Origin: Octopus vulgaris
Taxonomy: Eukaryota
Length of the DNA: 64,000 bases
Reading direction: 5' to 3'
NCBI GenBank assembly: GCA_951406725.2
Contig: OX597843.1
Span: 4,092,001-4,156,000 of the forward strand
Shown: piece by piece, positions 61,601-64,000 of the stretch
Numbering within the stretch: position 1 is the stretch's first letter
Layout: every line of letters starts with the position of its first letter
Notes under the pieces: model-generated
The model's input: the letters and a program-made list of their open reading frames with translations, nothing else
The model's database searches: none
Told to the model about the DNA's origin: nothing
Program-made: the position numbers and the translations under genes

Positions 61601-61806
61601 GTATATATATTAAAAAATAAAATAAACATATGTATATATATAAACATATATGTACGTACCTACCTCTACATGTACATATACACACATATATGAGTACATG
61701 ACACCAAAAAGACGTCGAACACAATGAGAAACGAAAACATAGACACAAACCCAAGGAACTGGACATTTTTTTAAACAACAAAAAAATAGAGTACAGGACA
61801 ATTAAC

Positions 61807-61901
<95 letters not shown>

Positions 61902-62102
61902 ATTTATGGGGGGAGAATTCGCAAAAAAAAAAACAAAAGACGAAGACAGGTGGTGTAGACAACAATCAGATGTATTAGTTTAACGCTCGGGAAGTGAAAA
62001 AGTCGTTAACGTTTCGAGCCTATGCTCTTCCGCAGAAAAGAACACAGAAAGAAACAAGGAGAGAAAATAAAGAAAGTGTAGTGGCTAACGATATATATAT
62101 AT

Positions 62103-62201
<99 letters not shown>

Positions 62202-62321
62202 CAGAAAAAATAATTCACGGGAAAATAATTTGCGAAGATATCATTGATTTTAAAATAATAATAGACATTATTTACATTATTTACATTTGATGGATATTTT
62301 GTCCTCATCTTGTTTGTTGTT

Positions 62322-62367
62322 AACACAACGTTTCGGCTGATATACCCTCCAGACTTCATCAGGTGTC
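62322..62367 (-). ncRNA. Minimal hammerhead motif
   Basis: GACAC-CTGATGA-A-GTCTG..CAGCC-GAAA-CG-TT-GTGTT. Confidence 0.65.
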
Positions 62368-62402
62368 TTGGGGGAAATTTCGAACTTGGGTTCTCATTGC
62401 AT

Positions 62403-62470
62403 GGGCACATGGAGTAGTGGTTAAGAGCGCGGGCTACTAACCCCAAGATTCCGAGTTCGATTCCAAGCAA
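62403..62470 (+). pseudogene. tRNA-like sequence (SINE head or tRNA pseudogene)
   Basis: GGGCACATGGAGTAGTGGTTAAGAGCGCGGGCTACTAACCCCAAGATTCCGAGTTCGATTCC: box A/box B, but no proper acceptor stem; followed by (AAT)n. Confidence 0.55.
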
Positions 62471-62484
62471 TGACTAATATAAAC

Positions 62485-62563
<79 letters not shown>

Positions 62564-62615
62564 GAAGATCGAAAAATACCTTAGGAATCAGAACCCTAGT
62601 TCGAATCTTCCCCAA

Positions 62616-62661
62616 GACACCTGATGAAGGCTGAAGGGTGTTTCAGCCGAAACATTGCGTT
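62616..62661 (+). ncRNA. Minimal hammerhead motif (inverted mate of 62322-62367)
   Basis: GACAC-CTGATGA-A-GGCTGAA-GGGTGT-TTCAGCC-GAAA-CA-TT-GCGTT. Confidence 0.65.
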
Positions 62662-62964
62662 AACAACAAACAAAATGAGGAGAAATATCCGTCAAATGTA
62701 AATAATGTACATAATTCCTCATCTCTTAAATATAGAACTGGATAATAACAGAATCAATAATATAGGCGACTGCAGCCCCACCACAAAACCATTAAATAGC
62801 TGAAGGATTAAAATTAATCAAAAGACATACTAATTATATCTACCTGCTGGAAATAACAGTCAAAGCTCATTTAAATCACCAAAATACGAATATAAGAATT
62901 TTATGTGGCAAGGCTTCAACAATTAGAATAGCACCCAACCAGCTAAAGGAGTAAATATAAGTCT

Positions 62965-63370
62965 GGATCTTTTCGGTTTGACCGGCAGTTTTTTGAAGTA
63001 ATTTCCACCTAAATAAACACTTTTAAACTTCGTATACTGGTAGAATGTGTTTATAAAACATCTTCTCTTGGTTTTATTGAAAAAATTCTATGGTTTGTAA
63101 GATATTTATTGTTTTTTTCTTCAATTTCTGTAATTTCAACCAATCAATGACGTCTATTGGGGTGGAAACATTCTGTGCCGTATGAATATGTCCCTCGTTT
63201 AAGAAACAGATTGGGTTTATTTACATTTGTGAAGAATATAGATACCTTTCTCCCCACCCCTAACCCTAAAAGAGATTGAAATGCAATACATCGATACTAG
63301 GGTCATAATTATGGGTGACAATTTCATATGACACCGCTAGAAAAAACTGCCGTTCAAACCAAAAAGATCC
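62965..63370. mobile_element. MITE with ~30-bp TIRs
   Basis: GGATCTTTTCGGTTTGACCGGCAGTTTTTT ... AAAAAACTGCCGTTCAAACCAAAAAGATCC; internal CCCTAACCCTAA. Confidence 0.82.
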
Positions 63371-63469
63371 TAAATTCTACTTAAATACAGGTACCCAGGG
63401 TTTCCTGGTCGGAACATAATTTATTTTGCCATTTTTCTGTATTCTTAGCAGCTTGAATATATACTCGCT

Positions 63470-63868
63470 TTACTCTTTTACTTGTTTCAGTCATTTGACT
63501 GCGGCCATGCTGGAGCACCGCCTTTAGTCGAGCAAATCGACCCCCGGGACTTATTCTTTGTAAGCCCAGTACTTATTCTATCGGATCTCTTTTGCCGAAC
63601 CGCTAAGTGACGGGGACGTAAACACACCGGCATCGGTTGTCAAGCAATGCTAGGGGGACAAACACAGACACACACACACACATACATATATATACATATA
63701 TACGACAGGCTTCTTTCAGTTTCCGTCTACCAAATCCACTCACAAGGCATTGGTCGGCCCGGGGCTATAGCAGATGACACTTGCCCAAGGTGCCACGTAG
63801 TGGGACTGAACCCGGAACCATGTGGTTGGTTAGCAAGCTACTTACCACACAGCCACTCCTGCGCCTAT
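63470..63868 (-). mobile_element. SINE family 1, full copy
   Basis: Same structure. Confidence 0.88.
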
Positions 63869-64000
63869 GTATGATTTTTCATTGAGTTTTATTTAAGTTT
63901 TTGAGAGAGAGTTCAAACCAGTTGCAAACAAAGCAACAAGATTTTTTTGAATTAAGAAAGTTCCCGGTGTTGGTGTGTCTCAGCTGGTGTGGTGGTTAAA

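Noticed and set aside
62403-62470. Functional tRNA gene
   Set aside because: Acceptor stem does not close and no oligo-T terminator; more likely a SINE head.
63258-63270. Telomeric repeat CCCTAACCCTAA
   Set aside because: Only two units, internal to a MITE.

Overview
Repeat-saturated, AT-rich animal genomic DNA. The SINE families and extreme (TA)n/(CA)n/(GATA)n load suggest an octopus/coleoid cephalopod (inference). One well-supported host gene is present: NF-YB (CCAAT-binding factor subunit B) on the minus strand, with 8 coding exons from 19488 to 7589 (197 aa, all splice phases consistent). One of its introns is U12-type (minor spliceosome). The rest is mainly mobile DNA: two tandem APE-RT LINE copies (one with an intact 998-aa ORF2) embedded in huge TA-rich arrays, three tRNA-derived SINE families, RTE/BovB, CR1, R4/Dong-type and mariner fragments, non-autonomous Helitrons, hAT and piggyBac-like MITEs, and several hairpin elements. 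Most notable unannotated signals: (1) more than ten hammerhead-ribozyme-like motifs from about six short repeat families, often in inverted pairs next to microsatellites; (2) a LINE 3' tail matching the 3' tail of the dominant SINE, with compensatory stem changes; (3) a 7-unit SINE concatemer flanked by one 15-bp target-site duplication; (4) a locally amplified composite foldback/SINE unit. Nearly all ORFs in the supplied track are microsatellite or SINE artefacts. There is a 100-N assembly gap at 39564-39663.
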